DNA of 64,000 nt, taken from a virus. Its lineage: Duplodnaviria > Caudoviricetes. This document shows, piece by piece, positions 48,150 through 57,251 of the stretch. Each line of letters opens with the position of its first letter. Position 1 is the stretch's first letter. Both the position numbers and the translations under genes were made by a program. The stretch lies in IMG/VR virus record IMGVR_UViG_2895767234_000001, positions 7,555 to 71,554 of that record, one strand, 5' to 3'. The notes beneath the pieces are model-generated. The model had not been told where the DNA came from. It did not search any database and worked only from the letters and a program-made list of their open reading frames with translations.

Positions 48150-48398
48150 TCACGTGTCCCCCTCAAAGAGGCCCACCTGCCCGCCCAGATTGGCCTGGCG
48201 GCGCTTGAGGGCATTTCGGGCCTCACGGGCATTCCGGGTTTCTTTCCGGCTGTACAGGGAGCAGGTCTGGTACCCGCCGCCTGGGCAGCGGAACCTGTAG
48301 AGGGCGACCGGGTCGCCCGTGGGCACCAGGCCTGCATTTTTCAGGTCGGTTCTGGTGGCCAGGTGCGGCGGTCTATGCGTCAGCACGGGCAGGGGCAT
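48150..48398 (-). CDS. Small basic protein (82 aa)
   Basis: AAGGAGG RBS; HLATRTDLKNAGLVP pattern. Confidence 0.65.
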   Translation of the reverse strand: MPLPVLTHRPPHLATRTDLKNAGLVPTGDPVALYRFRCPGGGYQTCSLYSRKETRNAREARNALKRRQANLGGQVGLFEGDT

Positions 48399-48413
48399 GC
48401 GCCTCCTTAGGGG

Positions 48414-48767
48414 TCACACACCCCGCACGAGTTCGGCCAGTTTGTTTTTCCACACGGGGCGGGCACCGTCGACGGGCGGCAGCTGGTGCACCCGGGCGGG
48501 CTTGCAGACCGTCAGGCAGTTGTCCTGCTGTCCGGGTTCAGCCACAGCCGCGAAGAGGAACAGGTTGCAGCGTTTGGCCAGGGCTTCGAGGGGCACCAGG
48601 AACGCGGCGCTGAATTCGGCGGCCGGGGTGCCCACATCCAGGGTGTCGAGCGGGACGGCGCTGGTGGGGTGCGCCGACGCCATCAGGAGGATGTACACGT
48701 CGACCGGCAGGTGATCCCGCAGGTCTTCAAGGGCCTGGCGGGGAACCAGGACGTACTCCACGGTCAC
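48414..48767 (-). CDS. Hypothetical protein (117 aa)
   Basis: GGAGG RBS; GTGA overlap. Confidence 0.55.
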   Translation of the reverse strand: MTVEYVLVPRQALEDLRDHLPVDVYILLMASAHPTSAVPLDTLDVGTPAAEFSAAFLVPLEALAKRCNLFLFAAVAEPGQQDNCLTVCKPARVHQLPPVDGARPVWKNKLAELVRGV

Positions 48768-49039
48768 ATCACCTCCAGCACGTGGCGGTGCAGCCAGGGG
48801 GCACTCAGCAGGCCGAGGTACTTTGCGGCCTCCGGCACGTCCTGACCGGGCGTCACGAGGATGAACGTGCGCGGGACGGAACTGCGGCGCTCCTGGCGGT
48901 CACTGCGGACGACCAGGATGGGGGTCTGAGCGCCGTTTTTGTGCTGCACGGTGATGTTCACGACGCGGGCGCCGGAAGGCAGGCGCAGTTGGGTGGGCTC
49001 GTCGAGGTTCAGGGGGTGTTCAGTCAGGATGTGGGGCAT
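48764..49039 (-). CDS. Small beta protein (91 aa)
   Basis: Start re-called at MPHILTEH with AAGGA RBS; ends RHVLEV. Confidence 0.6.
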   Translation of the reverse strand: MPHILTEHPLNLDEPTQLRLPSGARVVNITVQHKNGAQTPILVVRSDRQERRSSVPRTFILVTPGQDVPEAAKYLGLLSAPWLHRHVLEVM

Positions 49040-49168
49040 ACGTGTACGTGTCCTTTCAGGGTGGGGGGGCTTGGGTGGAGGGAATGAGCGCACGGGCTTC
49101 AACGGGGAACCGGAAACCGGCGACGGGCCGCAGGCTGCGCGCGGGGCTTCGGGGCCTCCAGGGCGGCG

Positions 49169-49741
49169 TCAGGCGTCGGTGAGGGGTTCGGGGGAGGCCG
49201 CGCCGGGCGGGATGATCCAGTAGGGGCCGCGCACGGTGGTGACGTGCGCAGCGGCCGCCTCCAGGGCCAGCAGCAGGCGCTGCCGGGGGGGCAGATCCAG
49301 CAGGTGGGTGGCGTGCAGGGCGCCGTAGGCGTGGTATTCACCGCTGCCTACCGCGGCGTAGGGTTCGGTGGACTCCAGGACGCTGTAGTTGCGCTGCACT
49401 TCGAACAGGCGGCCCTCGGTGGCGATCAGGAAGTTCCCGCCGCCTTCGGTGCCGCTTTCGCAGGTCGCGTACCCGCCGTTTTTCAGGCACGTGCGCAGGG
49501 TGTCGACGAAGGCGGTGATCAGCCAGGACACGACCTCCTGACCCACGGCCCTGGACGGCAGGGCGAGGTTGTGCTCCAGCAGCTGGCCGAGACGGAACGA
49601 ATCGGTGTACCCCATGATGAGGTCGCCCTTCCTGAACAGCTTGGGCTGTTTCACGATCATCTTCGTGAAGCCGTCGCTGCCGATGCTGTCGCAGGCCATC
49701 CACACCTGGCCTTCGTGCAGGGTGCCGACGATCAGGGTCAT
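49169..49741 (-). CDS. HslV/proteasome-like Ntn-hydrolase
   Basis: M-T1-LIVG, MACDS, PKLF, YAAVGSGEYHAYGAL. Confidence 0.8.
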   Translation of the reverse strand: MTLIVGTLHEGQVWMACDSIGSDGFTKMIVKQPKLFRKGDLIMGYTDSFRLGQLLEHNLALPSRAVGQEVVSWLITAFVDTLRTCLKNGGYATCESGTEGGGNFLIATEGRLFEVQRNYSVLESTEPYAAVGSGEYHAYGALHATHLLDLPPRQRLLLALEAAAAHVTTVRGPYWIIPPGAASPEPLTDA

Positions 49742-49933
49742 GCGTGCTCCAGCGGCCAGATCCGGCGCAGTGGCCGGCCAGGCCCAGCGGCGACCTCTAC
49801 ACGGTCAGCGCACACGTGCGTGGTGCTCTTGCAGGGCAGATCGGCCATGCCGGCCAGGTGCGTGGCCCACCAGAAGGCGGCGGCCTGCGCGGACGTTGTG
49901 GGTGTGGTGAACAAGGGGGGTCTCCTGGGTGTG

Positions 49934-49959
49934 AAAAACCCTGCCGGTGAGCGGCAGGG
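49934..49959 (-). terminator. Intrinsic terminator
   Basis: CCCTGCCG/CGGCAGGG stem plus T5 on the minus strand. Confidence 0.7.
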
Positions 49960-50005
49960 GCGGGTGGGCGGTGGATTGTGAACGGGTTCAGAGGTCAGGG
50001 GCGGG

Positions 50006-50439
50006 TCAGTCCGCGGCGTTGGCATTTTCCTTTCGGGCGCGGCTGACGCCGTGACACACGCTTTCCCGCGAGACGTCGAGGATGGCGGCCATGGTGACGC
50101 GGTTGAGACCCAGGTGCCGAGGGTGTCCTCAAGCATGTCCAGGCGGTCGTCGGTGCGCCCGCTGCGCAGAAGCTGGGCCCGCAGGCTGCTGAGCGCGAAC
50201 TCGATTTCCCGCGGGGACTGCGGGTGGTGCGAGAGGCGGGTGCCGGGCGTGATGAGCACCTCCGAGGGCCGCAGCGCCCCGAAGAGTTCCGGGGGGAGCA
50301 GCCCGGTACCGGGCCAGCATCCACCGGCGCAGATCGTGAAGGTTCGCCCCAGGCCCATGACCACGGCAATGCCTTCCAGAACGATGAACCCCTCTCCAGG
50401 GGACGGGCCATAGGTCACCGCGCTCCCTGGGTGGGTCAT
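50006..50439 (-). CDS. HTH protein (about 144 aa) interrupted by a 1-nt frameshift near 50117
   Basis: The -1 frame gives HLGLNRVTMAAILDVSRESVCHGVSRARKE*, a sigma-4-like HTH, continuing LDMLEDTL. Confidence 0.55.
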
Positions 50440-50977
50440 GGGGTGGCCTCCAGAGGGAGTGGGGGAACCGCGCGCGACCGCCGGGCACGCCAGCGCCGCC
50501 AGCGTTCCGGCGTGGGCGCGTGCACGGGCCGCGCCTGTTCGGCCAGCAGCAGGCGCGGCCCGACCTGGATCACGCGTCCGGTCACCTGCACCTGGAAAGT
50601 GGCCGGATCGAGGTCGCGCAGAATGCCCGTGGTGGCCTGCATGCTGACGATGAAGGGCTCGATATCACTCTGACCGGGGGCGACTTTGACCTGCAGGGTG
50701 CCGCTGCCGCGACTGACCCGCAAAGCTGCCCGGTCACGATGAAGCTCAGGCCGTTGGGCTCATGGGGCCGCGCGGGGCGAACACTTTTGGCGTGGGCATC
50801 CAGACGTTTGAGGGTGCCGTCGGCGCGGGTGCGCGGGTAGGCGCTCAGGGTGACGCGCATCTCGGCCTCCAGGCGCTTGCCGGTGCGAATGAGCAGGCCG
50901 CCGATTAGCAGGCCGCCCTCGGTGGGGGTGGCCCAGCCGGTGATGCGCAGCCGGGCCTCGTGGGGCAGGGCCGTCAT
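50436..50977 (-). CDS. Hypothetical beta-rich protein interrupted by a 1-nt frameshift near 50723
   Basis: ORFs 50582..50977 and 50436..50723 join as FIVTGQL-LRVSRGSGTLQVKV if TTT is TTTT. Confidence 0.55.
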
Positions 50978-52428
50978 CAGTCCACCCGCCGGTAGTCTTT
51001 GGTGAGTTGATAGGCCAGCACCTGCTCACCGTTGTGGAATTCGACCTTCCCGCTCTTGATGCCCACGACCGTCACGACCTTGTCCTGCTGGCGACGATGC
51101 TCCCAGCGGCTTCCTGCCTCGATGCTGACCGGGGAGGGTGGCGGGAGAGTTTCCACCTGGGCAGCCTTCCCGGACGGCTCGTTTTTGACGTCGTAGGCCG
51201 CCCCACGCACGTCCCGCGCCGGTTCCTTCTCGCCTTTCAGGAGGGCCGGGGTGAGGGATTCGCCGATCAACCGGTGCAGGGCGTGGATGCCGGCGCGGGC
51301 GAATCCGCCCTCCACCTTCGGGGCGTCGGTCTTGGCCGCGCTGGTGGCGGCTTTGAGTTCCTGGTCGGTCAGGCGGGTCAGCAGGGCGCGCGGGATGCCG
51401 GAACGGGTCGCGGCCTCCAGTTCGACCTGAAGCTGTGGCAGGCGGGACTTGTGCGAGCAGTGCAGCAGGGCGCGCAGCTGCGGGATGCCCGACGGGTCAC
51501 GCGGGGCGCGGGCTTCGAGTTCCCCGCGGGGAATGACCGGCAGGGCCAGGATCGCCCACGCCGGGGCCGCCGCGCCGCCCGCCGCGCCCGGAACATTTTC
51601 AGGGTCAGTGGGCGGTGGTGTCTCTGCCGCCTGGGAACTGGGCTGAACCTGGTCAGGCTGGTGAGGGGCCTCCGGCGTGGGGTTGGGGTTCTGGGGTTCG
51701 GCGTCAGCCGGAAAATCATCATCATCGGGAAGCCAGTCGGTTCCGGCATCCACAGGAACTGATGATGATGAGGTCTTTGAAGAAGTCTCTTGAGTAATCT
51801 CTGTATTTGTCTCCGGTTTATTCCGGATACGTCTCCCGGATGTTCGGGATAGGTATCCGGAATGTTCGGGATAGGTATCCGGTTTATTCGGGATACCCTC
51901 CCCCTTCTGCTTTTTCAGGTTTGGCCTGGGCGGCTCGGCCACCCAGTACCAGCCACCGGATTGAGGTTCGTCGATTTTGAGAAGCGTTTTTACGGCTTCC
52001 ACCCGGGGTTCGACAAACATGACGTTGGAAATCTTTTTGCCGTCTGCGGCCCGGATGGTTCGGAATTCCCGGCGCGTCAGACCCCGATCCACGTTCAGCT
52101 TCACCGCGTCCGTGGCCTGCTGCTTGGTGACGCCGAACAACTCGGCGTAATAGTCATACGACCGCTGGAGCATGTCCTCCCGGAACTTCCGGGTGACATG
52201 GGTCACCTTGCCTGTTCGCTCATCCCGGTGGAGGGTCGGGCGATACCAGTAGAGGTCGTCGGCGTAAATCAGGATGGCCAGGTGCTGCGTAACGCCCCGG
52301 TCGCTTTTGAATTCGCGGCGCGTGTAGAACGTGTGGGGAATGATGTTCCCTTCGAGGTGCAACTCACCGATGGCTTCCACGGTGGGTGTAGGCGCTAAAT
52401 CACGGCTCACTTTGTCTCCTACGCGCAT
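50977..52428 (-). CDS. Replication initiator (phage replisome organiser-like, 483 aa)
   Basis: N-terminal wHTH (EGNIIP...YWYRP...LQRSYDYYAELFGVTKQQ); internal iterons; acidic linker. Confidence 0.82.
   Translation of the reverse strand: MRVGDKVSRDLAPTPTVEAIGELHLEGNIIPHTFYTRREFKSDRGVTQHLAILIYADDLYWYRPTLHRDERTGKVTHVTRKFREDMLQRSYDYYAELFGVTKQQATDAVKLNVDRGLTRREFRTIRAADGKKISNVMFVEPRVEAVKTLLKIDEPQSGGWYWVAEPPRPNLKKQKGEGIPNKPDTYPEHSGYLSRTSGRRIRNKPETNTEITQETSSKTSSSSVPVDAGTDWLPDDDDFPADAEPQNPNPTPEAPHQPDQVQPSSQAAETPPPTDPENVPGAAGGAAAPAWAILALPVIPRGELEARAPRDPSGIPQLRALLHCSHKSRLPQLQVELEAATRSGIPRALLTRLTDQELKAATSAAKTDAPKVEGGFARAGIHALHRLIGESLTPALLKGEKEPARDVRGAAYDVKNEPSGKAAQVETLPPPSPVSIEAGSRWEHRRQQDKVVTVVGIKSGKVEFHNGEQVLAYQLTKDYRRVD
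51781..51898. repeat. Putative origin: four iterons plus an AT-rich tract inside rep
   Basis: TCCGG-N4-5-TTC(G/C)GGATA units starting near 51812, 51835, 51856 and 51878; AT-rich 51781-51810. Confidence 0.75.
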
Positions 52429-52654
52429 CCCCTCCGGCCTTTCTTGACCGGATCACCCTATGGCGCGTAACATAGGGCTAGGGCAGATGCCCGGACGTTC
52501 CCCAACGTCCTGACAAACGAATAACTTTTGCGATTTGAACTCCTCTGCGATTCATGGCCTGGCAGCCACGCGGGGGAGTTCCCCTTTGGTCAAATGCTCG
52601 GTTGACCTCCGGGTTAGCTCACAGCATATCGCTTTCGCGGGGGAAATGTGAGGC

Positions 52655-53218
52655 TTATGGGGATCGCGGCAGGTGTTCGGGGTGGCGCTCACGGTACGCC
52701 GCATACTCAGCAGGGAATTTGCCCCGCACCCACGTCAGCCAATCCTCCAGCTGGCAGGATCGGAAGTTGGTCACCACGTGCTCGCGGCCCGCCGGGGGAT
52801 CGTGCAGGCTCATGGCCGCCTGATGCCAGGGGCCAGGACTGAGCAGCAGGGCGCGGATGGCATCGCCACGGGCCTCGTCGCTGGGGTTGTCCGGCCCGGG
52901 GTCGGCTGCGGCGTCCTCGTGGGGGTCGATTTCGGGCGGCAGGCCGCTGGGGCGGATCAGCAGGTAGCGGGTCTGCCCCACGTCGCTCCACTCGGTGGTG
53001 AAGTGCGTCCAGCCAGCGTCCCGGGCGACGGTGGCCGCCTCGTGCATGTCCGACTGGGCATCCTTGCGGGCCAGGGCGATCACCTCACCGAAACGCACGC
53101 TGCAGGTCACGATCAGGCCACTGCTGAGCGTTTTGGTGGCCGGCCGCGCCGTGCGCCGCGTCTCACTGAACAGTGTGGCCAGGGTGGCCGCGAGCTGGGT
53201 GACGTCCGGGGTGTTCAT
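52655..53218 (-). CDS. Hypothetical protein (187 aa)
   Basis: ATGA-coupled to the antirepressor gene. Confidence 0.6.
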   Translation of the reverse strand: MNTPDVTQLAATLATLFSETRRTARPATKTLSSGLIVTCSVRFGEVIALARKDAQSDMHEAATVARDAGWTHFTTEWSDVGQTRYLLIRPSGLPPEIDPHEDAAADPGPDNPSDEARGDAIRALLLSPGPWHQAAMSLHDPPAGREHVVTNFRSCQLEDWLTWVRGKFPAEYAAYRERHPEHLPRSP

Positions 53219-53973
53219 ACGGGCATCGGGAGCAGCCCGTCCGCGGGGTAGGTGCGGCCCCCGAAGTACTTGTTCAGCAGGGGACTGAAGTCGCGGGCCA
53301 CCATCTGGACGTCGCGCACGCAGTCCTGATCGCCCAGGCTGGCGTGCTGGTCGAGGGTGTTGACGGTGGCGTACTGCATCATGGTGTGCACGGCCAGTTC
53401 CTGCTCGTCGAAGTTGTCTTTCGTGGTGGGCTTGCCGCGCATGGCCTGCAACTGCCGGGCGGTCATGCCGGTGACGGCGACATTCAGGGTGTCGTGAACG
53501 TAGCTGTACCCGCGTTTGCTCGCGCCGTGGCGGGCCAGGGCGCTGTTGAGGATGATGCTGCTGTGCTTGTGGTGTGCCCGGCGGATCACCCAGCGGGTGG
53601 CTTCCGGGTCGGTCTGCGCCTCGATGATCTCGCCCGCGAGGGTGATGTCGCCCGCGAGGTAGCGGTCACCAAGTTGAGCCAGCCACGTCCGGAAGGCCCC
53701 CAGGACTTCACGCCCCGGCTTGTTCAGGTAACGCGACTGCACCGCCATCAGCACCTGCATCAGGCCGGGGCGATCCAGAAACGGTGTGGGCTGTCCACGG
53801 CCCACCTGAATTCGTGTAGCCAGCTGCACGAGTTCGGGGTTGTCTTTTCCCAGGCGCTTCCAGACGTGCCGGGGGTTCTTGACGCCGAGGGCGCCCAGGG
53901 CGTCGAACACGCTGACCTTGCCCTCGGCGCTGCGGACTTCGTTGCCTTCAAACTTGAGGGGCGTGATCTCCAT
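53215..53973 (-). CDS. BRO/KilA-like antirepressor candidate (252 aa)
   Basis: FEGNEVR...VSVFDAL...NPRHVWKRL...GQPTP...FRTWLA; C-terminal AVTGMTARQL. Confidence 0.72.
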   Translation of the reverse strand: MEITPLKFEGNEVRSAEGKVSVFDALGALGVKNPRHVWKRLGKDNPELVQLATRIQVGRGQPTPFLDRPGLMQVLMAVQSRYLNKPGREVLGAFRTWLAQLGDRYLAGDITLAGEIIEAQTDPEATRWVIRRAHHKHSSIILNSALARHGASKRGYSYVHDTLNVAVTGMTARQLQAMRGKPTTKDNFDEQELAVHTMMQYATVNTLDQHASLGDQDCVRDVQMVARDFSPLLNKYFGGRTYPADGLLPMPV

Positions 53974-53985
53974 GGTTTCCTCCGC

Positions 53986-54228
53986 TTATGGGGTTAGGTG
54001 CAGCCAGTCGCGCAGCGCCTCCCGGGAATCGGCGCTCAGCGCCCTGGTCTCGAAGACCTTCACGCTGTCCGGGCGGGCAGGGTCAAGCACGAAGACCACG
54101 GTGCTCAGTTCCAGGTACTCGGCGTCACGGATCAGCTGCGCGGCGTCCTCGTAGAGTTCCTGGCGTTCGGCGCGGGTCAAGCGCGCACCGCCTGGGGCCG
54201 CAGCGTGGGCGGGTGCAGGGCCTGCCAC
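53986..54228 (-). CDS. Hypothetical protein (80 aa; start uncertain)
   Basis: Protein-like C-terminal half; tiles the operon. Confidence 0.45.
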   Translation of the reverse strand: MAGPAPAHAAAPGGARLTRAERQELYEDAAQLIRDAEYLELSTVVFVLDPARPDSVKVFETRALSADSREALRDWLHLTP

Positions 54229-54545
54229 TCCGGAGGCAACCCGTCCCGCAGGAAGCGGTTGGCGTCCTCCAGTTCGTCGGCCGTGACCGCCAGCGGGGTG
54301 CGGACGACGCTGAGCAGCTCCGGGCTCTGGGCGGCGTGGCAGGTCAGGAGCAGCGCGGCGTGCAGCTGGGCCACCTCCAGCGGAGTGACCTCCAGGCGTC
54401 CGGTCTGCTGCGCCCCACGCAGTTTGTCCAGCAGGCCCGCCAGATCGCTGGTGCTGAGCCCAGGAGCCGGGGCAAGCTGCTGAAGCTCCAGGGCGCAGCC
54501 CGCGGCGGTGGTGAGCGTGCCGAGCATGTCCCGTGGGGAGGTCAT
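54177..54545 (-). CDS. Hypothetical protein (122 aa)
   Basis: Start MTSPRD; ATGA overlap. Confidence 0.55.
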   Translation of the reverse strand: MTSPRDMLGTLTTAAGCALELQQLAPAPGLSTSDLAGLLDKLRGAQQTGRLEVTPLEVAQLHAALLLTCHAAQSPELLSVVRTPLAVTADELEDANRFLRDGLPPEWQALHPPTLRPQAVRA

Positions 54546-54859
54546 GCCTGTATTCCGCCGCGTCTCAGGCGTTCGCGGACGTCCGCCAGGGCGTCCTCGA
54601 TGCGGCTTAGCGTGAGGTGTTCGCCGAGATTCTTGTCGCACTCAACGACGCGCAGCAGGTTGCTGGCCAGGCTCTGGAGGATGACCTGCAGCTCATGGCG
54701 ACCGGGCGGGCTGGCGTCCAGGTCATCCAGAACCGCCTGGTAAGGCACCCAGGGTGCCGGGCCGGCAAAGGCTTGGCTTTCGCGCAGGCTGTGGCGAATC
54801 GTCAGGTCAAAGGGCGTGGGCGAAGCCGCCTGGGACTTCGCCGTGAGGGACACAGGCAT
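54542..54859 (-). CDS. Hypothetical protein (105 aa), first gene of the replication operon
   Basis: AAGGAGG RBS. Confidence 0.65.
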   Translation of the reverse strand: MPVSLTAKSQAASPTPFDLTIRHSLRESQAFAGPAPWVPYQAVLDDLDASPPGRHELQVILQSLASNLLRVVECDKNLGEHLTLSRIEDALADVRERLRRGGIQA

Positions 54860-54930
54860 AACGACCTCCTTGTGAAGTTTTGAACTTGCTGAAGGGCTGA
54901 GGCTGATGGGAAATACCCTGGATTCAGGAA

Positions 54931-54958
54931 ACCTTACATAATCAGCATTGCGTGGGGT
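54931..54958. promoter_or_regulatory. dif-like 11-6-11 recombination site
   Basis: ACCTTACATAA-TCAGCA-TTGCGTGGGGT; the reverse-complement arm TTATGTAAGGT resembles the XerD arm TTATGTTAAAT. Confidence 0.55.
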
Positions 54959-55010
54959 GTCTCCATGGACAGGTTCCGAATCGGGACACCCCGGCTGTTA
55001 CACTCCCGGC

Positions 55011-55979
55011 ATGGGCCTGGAGTTGATGGCGTACAACCTGGACCTTCAGCACCGGGCGGATCGCCTGGCGGCATTGGAGCCAGAGCAGCTGCGCAGCATG
55101 GGCGTGCGGGCCGCCCGTGACCGTGACCCGGTCGAACTCTGGGCCTTGCTGGAGGCTTACTTGGTGCTGCACGGTGGTCGCGGTGCCAGGGTCAGTTCAC
55201 ACACGCTCCTGGCGTACCGCATTGGCCTGAACACCTTCCTGGACTGGGCCGGGCCGGCTGGCGTCAGCCTCTTGAGACCCGGCAAGAACATGGGGTTCCG
55301 CTACGTCCGGCACCTCGAAGCCAGGAACCTCAAACCCGCCACGGTGAAAAATCGCCTGTCTGCTGGCAAGTCGCTGTACGCCGCCCTGCGCTGGGCACAG
55401 GTGACCGACAGCGCCCCGTTCACAGATGTGAAGGCCGCCCATGACCCGGTGCCCCGCTGGGAGAAACGCAAGCCGTACACGCCCGAGGACATTGCCCTGC
55501 TGCTCGCCCACGCTGACCCCCAGGAGGCGGTGATGGTGATTCTTGGGGCCCACGCGGGTCTCAGGAACACGGAGATGACCACGCTGCTCAGAAAAGACCT
55601 TCACGTGGACGCCCCGGAACCGTACCTGATCGTGACCGGCAAGCGCCAGAAACGCCAGGAGGTGGCCCTGTCCCGGACGGCCACTCAGATTCTCCGGAAC
55701 TGGCTGGCAGCCACCCCCGGGTACGGCCCTCACCTGCTGACGGTTCGCACCCGCTGGAGCGTGAGCGAACACCTCAAGCAGGTCTGTCAGCGGGCCGGCG
55801 TGCGCTACCAGGGACGCGAGGTGCATGGCCTGCGCCACCACGCCGGAACGCAGATCTACGCACAGGAGGGCGACCTGCTGGCCGTGCGCGACCAGCTCCG
55901 GCACGCCAGCGTGGACAGCAGCGAGATCTATGTGAACTACGCCCGCGCCGGCAAGAAGAAAGCCATCAGCGACTGGTGA
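55011..55979 (+). CDS. Tyrosine recombinase (XerC/D-like), leaderless
   Basis: Catalytic R (AGLRNTE), HGLRH, LRHASVDSSEIY; TACACT(54999)-6nt-ATG. Confidence 0.92.
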   Translation: MGLELMAYNLDLQHRADRLAALEPEQLRSMGVRAARDRDPVELWALLEAYLVLHGGRGARVSSHTLLAYRIGLNTFLDWAGPAGVSLLRPGKNMGFRYVRHLEARNLKPATVKNRLSAGKSLYAALRWAQVTDSAPFTDVKAAHDPVPRWEKRKPYTPEDIALLLAHADPQEAVMVILGAHAGLRNTEMTTLLRKDLHVDAPEPYLIVTGKRQKRQEVALSRTATQILRNWLAATPGYGPHLLTVRTRWSVSEHLKQVCQRAGVRYQGREVHGLRHHAGTQIYAQEGDLLAVRDQLRHASVDSSEIYVNYARAGKKKAISDW

Positions 55980-56297
55980 TCAGCCAGAGGGAACGAGCTT
56001 GATGGCGATCTCGTCGTCCTCCGGTGCGGCCGGCCACGCCAGGCTCAGCTGGGCGGTTTTGGCGTGCGGGCTGTGCTGGTTTGTCCTGACCTGAAAGCCC
56101 AGGTCGCGCAGACGGCGTCCCAGGGCAATGCGGGTGCGGGCAGTGATCTTCAGGTTGGTGAGACTCGTTTCGCCGTCGTCAGCGGCGCGGCCCACATGGG
56201 CGAGCACCTCGGCCAGCTCCTGCTCGATGGCCTCGTGGCGCAGCACCTCATAGGCGCGGGCGGCGGCCTCAGCGGCGTTTTTTACTGGGGTCGACAT
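55980..56297 (-). CDS. Hypothetical protein (105 aa)
   Basis: Start MSTPVK with AGGAG RBS. Confidence 0.6.
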   Translation of the reverse strand: MSTPVKNAAEAAARAYEVLRHEAIEQELAEVLAHVGRAADDGETSLTNLKITARTRIALGRRLRDLGFQVRTNQHSPHAKTAQLSLAWPAAPEDDEIAIKLVPSG

Positions 56298-56338
56298 GGG
56301 TTCTCCTGGCGGGGTTGTGGGGGATCGGAGGCCATCAT

Positions 56339-56752
56339 TCACCACTGGGCGCGGCGTTTCTTCTGGCCTTTGCGGTCTGCCTTTTCTCGTGGCCCAGGCT
56401 CCCCCAGGGACGGGGCAGGCGGCGCTCGCCGCAGGCGGGGTTGCGGGAGGGGCGTGGGCTCGGCCGTGACCAGCACGACGTGGGCCTGGCCGTCCTGATA
56501 GCAGGCCAGCAGCCCAGTCACCCCGGAGAGCAGGCGCCCGGGCTTCACCTCGTGGGACTTCAGCTTCCGGATCGGCCGCAGGTGGCCGCCGGGTTCCAGG
56601 CGCACCAGCCAGACGGCTGGAATGACTTCGGCCAGGTCGTGAAGCACCTGCACGCCCTCACGGGCGGACTGAAGCGCTTCACGACCGGCGTAGGCGGTGA
56701 TCACCACCGGGCGGCCGTCCAGGGCCTGGGGAAGGGTCAGGGGTTGAAGCAT
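56339..56752 (-). CDS. Hypothetical protein (137 aa)
   Basis: Start MLQPLT with GGAGG RBS. Confidence 0.6.
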   Translation of the reverse strand: MLQPLTLPQALDGRPVVITAYAGREALQSAREGVQVLHDLAEVIPAVWLVRLEPGGHLRPIRKLKSHEVKPGRLLSGVTGLLACYQDGQAHVVLVTAEPTPLPQPRLRRAPPAPSLGEPGPREKADRKGQKKRRAQW

Positions 56753-56815
56753 CGGGAAGCGGCCTCCAGCACCGCCAGAAGAAGGAAGGGGGAATGCGGT
56801 GGTCTGGGCGCCGGG

Positions 56816-56895
56816 TGGCGCCGGGAGCGGGAATCGAACCCGCACGTGACAGGCCCGGTGGGGGCCTGCCGTTCTGCCTGTCGAACTCTCCCGGC
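56816..56895 (-). ncRNA. tRNA-like RNA 1 (encoded CCA, elongated anticodon arm)
   Basis: Acceptor GCCGGGA/TCCCGGC-G-CCA; D arm GTTC/GAAC; T arm GCGGG-TTCGATT-CCCGC; 7-8 bp anticodon stem with no U33. Confidence 0.8.
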
Positions 56896-57189
56896 CTCAT
56901 TCCGGGCGGCACCGAAAAGCCTTCTGCCGCCCGGGGGCGTGACCTAACGCATGGGGTGTCCTCCGTGCCTGGATTGCGGACTGGCCGCTGTGGCGCGGGC
57001 CGGCCGGAGGGTGCCCCGGCAACCGGCCCGTCGTGGAAGGCCGCGCCGCAGTCGGGGGTGGTCAGTCGAATGCCCCTGACCGGGCGGGGATGGGTGGCCC
57101 CTTCACGAAGGGCCTGGAGTGCGCCTCACAGTCACGGGGCAGGGCGTGAAGTTCCCGATCCGTCCAGTGCGGGGGTCAGGCCCACGGGC

Positions 57190-57251
57190 CGCCGTCCGCA
57201 CCTGCTACGCGCTTCCCCGCCGTCCGCACCTGCTACGCGCTTCCCCGCCGT
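57190..57251. repeat. 28-bp tandem duplication (2 copies plus a partial third)
   Basis: CGCCGTCCGCACCTGCTACGCGCTTCCC x2. Confidence 0.9.

Noticed and set aside
49738-50439. Single 233-aa ORF
   Set aside because: It runs through a terminator (49934-49959). Better parsed as a frameshifted HTH gene plus a possible 58-aa ORF with its own RBS.
52459-52476. CTATG-N8-CATAG as a DdrO/RDRM radiation-response box
   Set aside because: It is 18 bp rather than the 17-bp consensus, with mismatched ends; better explained as an RNA hairpin.
56753-56845. 5' extension of ORF 56339..56845 (MRVRFPLP...)
   Set aside because: It reads through the T arm and CCA end of tRNA-like RNA 1; a good RBS supports the start at 56752.
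56816-56895. Calling this a functional tRNA-Val(CAC) or an att site
   Set aside because: No U8 or U33 and an over-long anticodon stem. Phage genes flank both sides, and no duplicate 3' fragment is seen in the window.
57190-57251. 28-bp repeat as a possible mini-CRISPR
   Set aside because: The copies are directly adjacent with no spacer and no cas genes; it is a simple tandem duplication.
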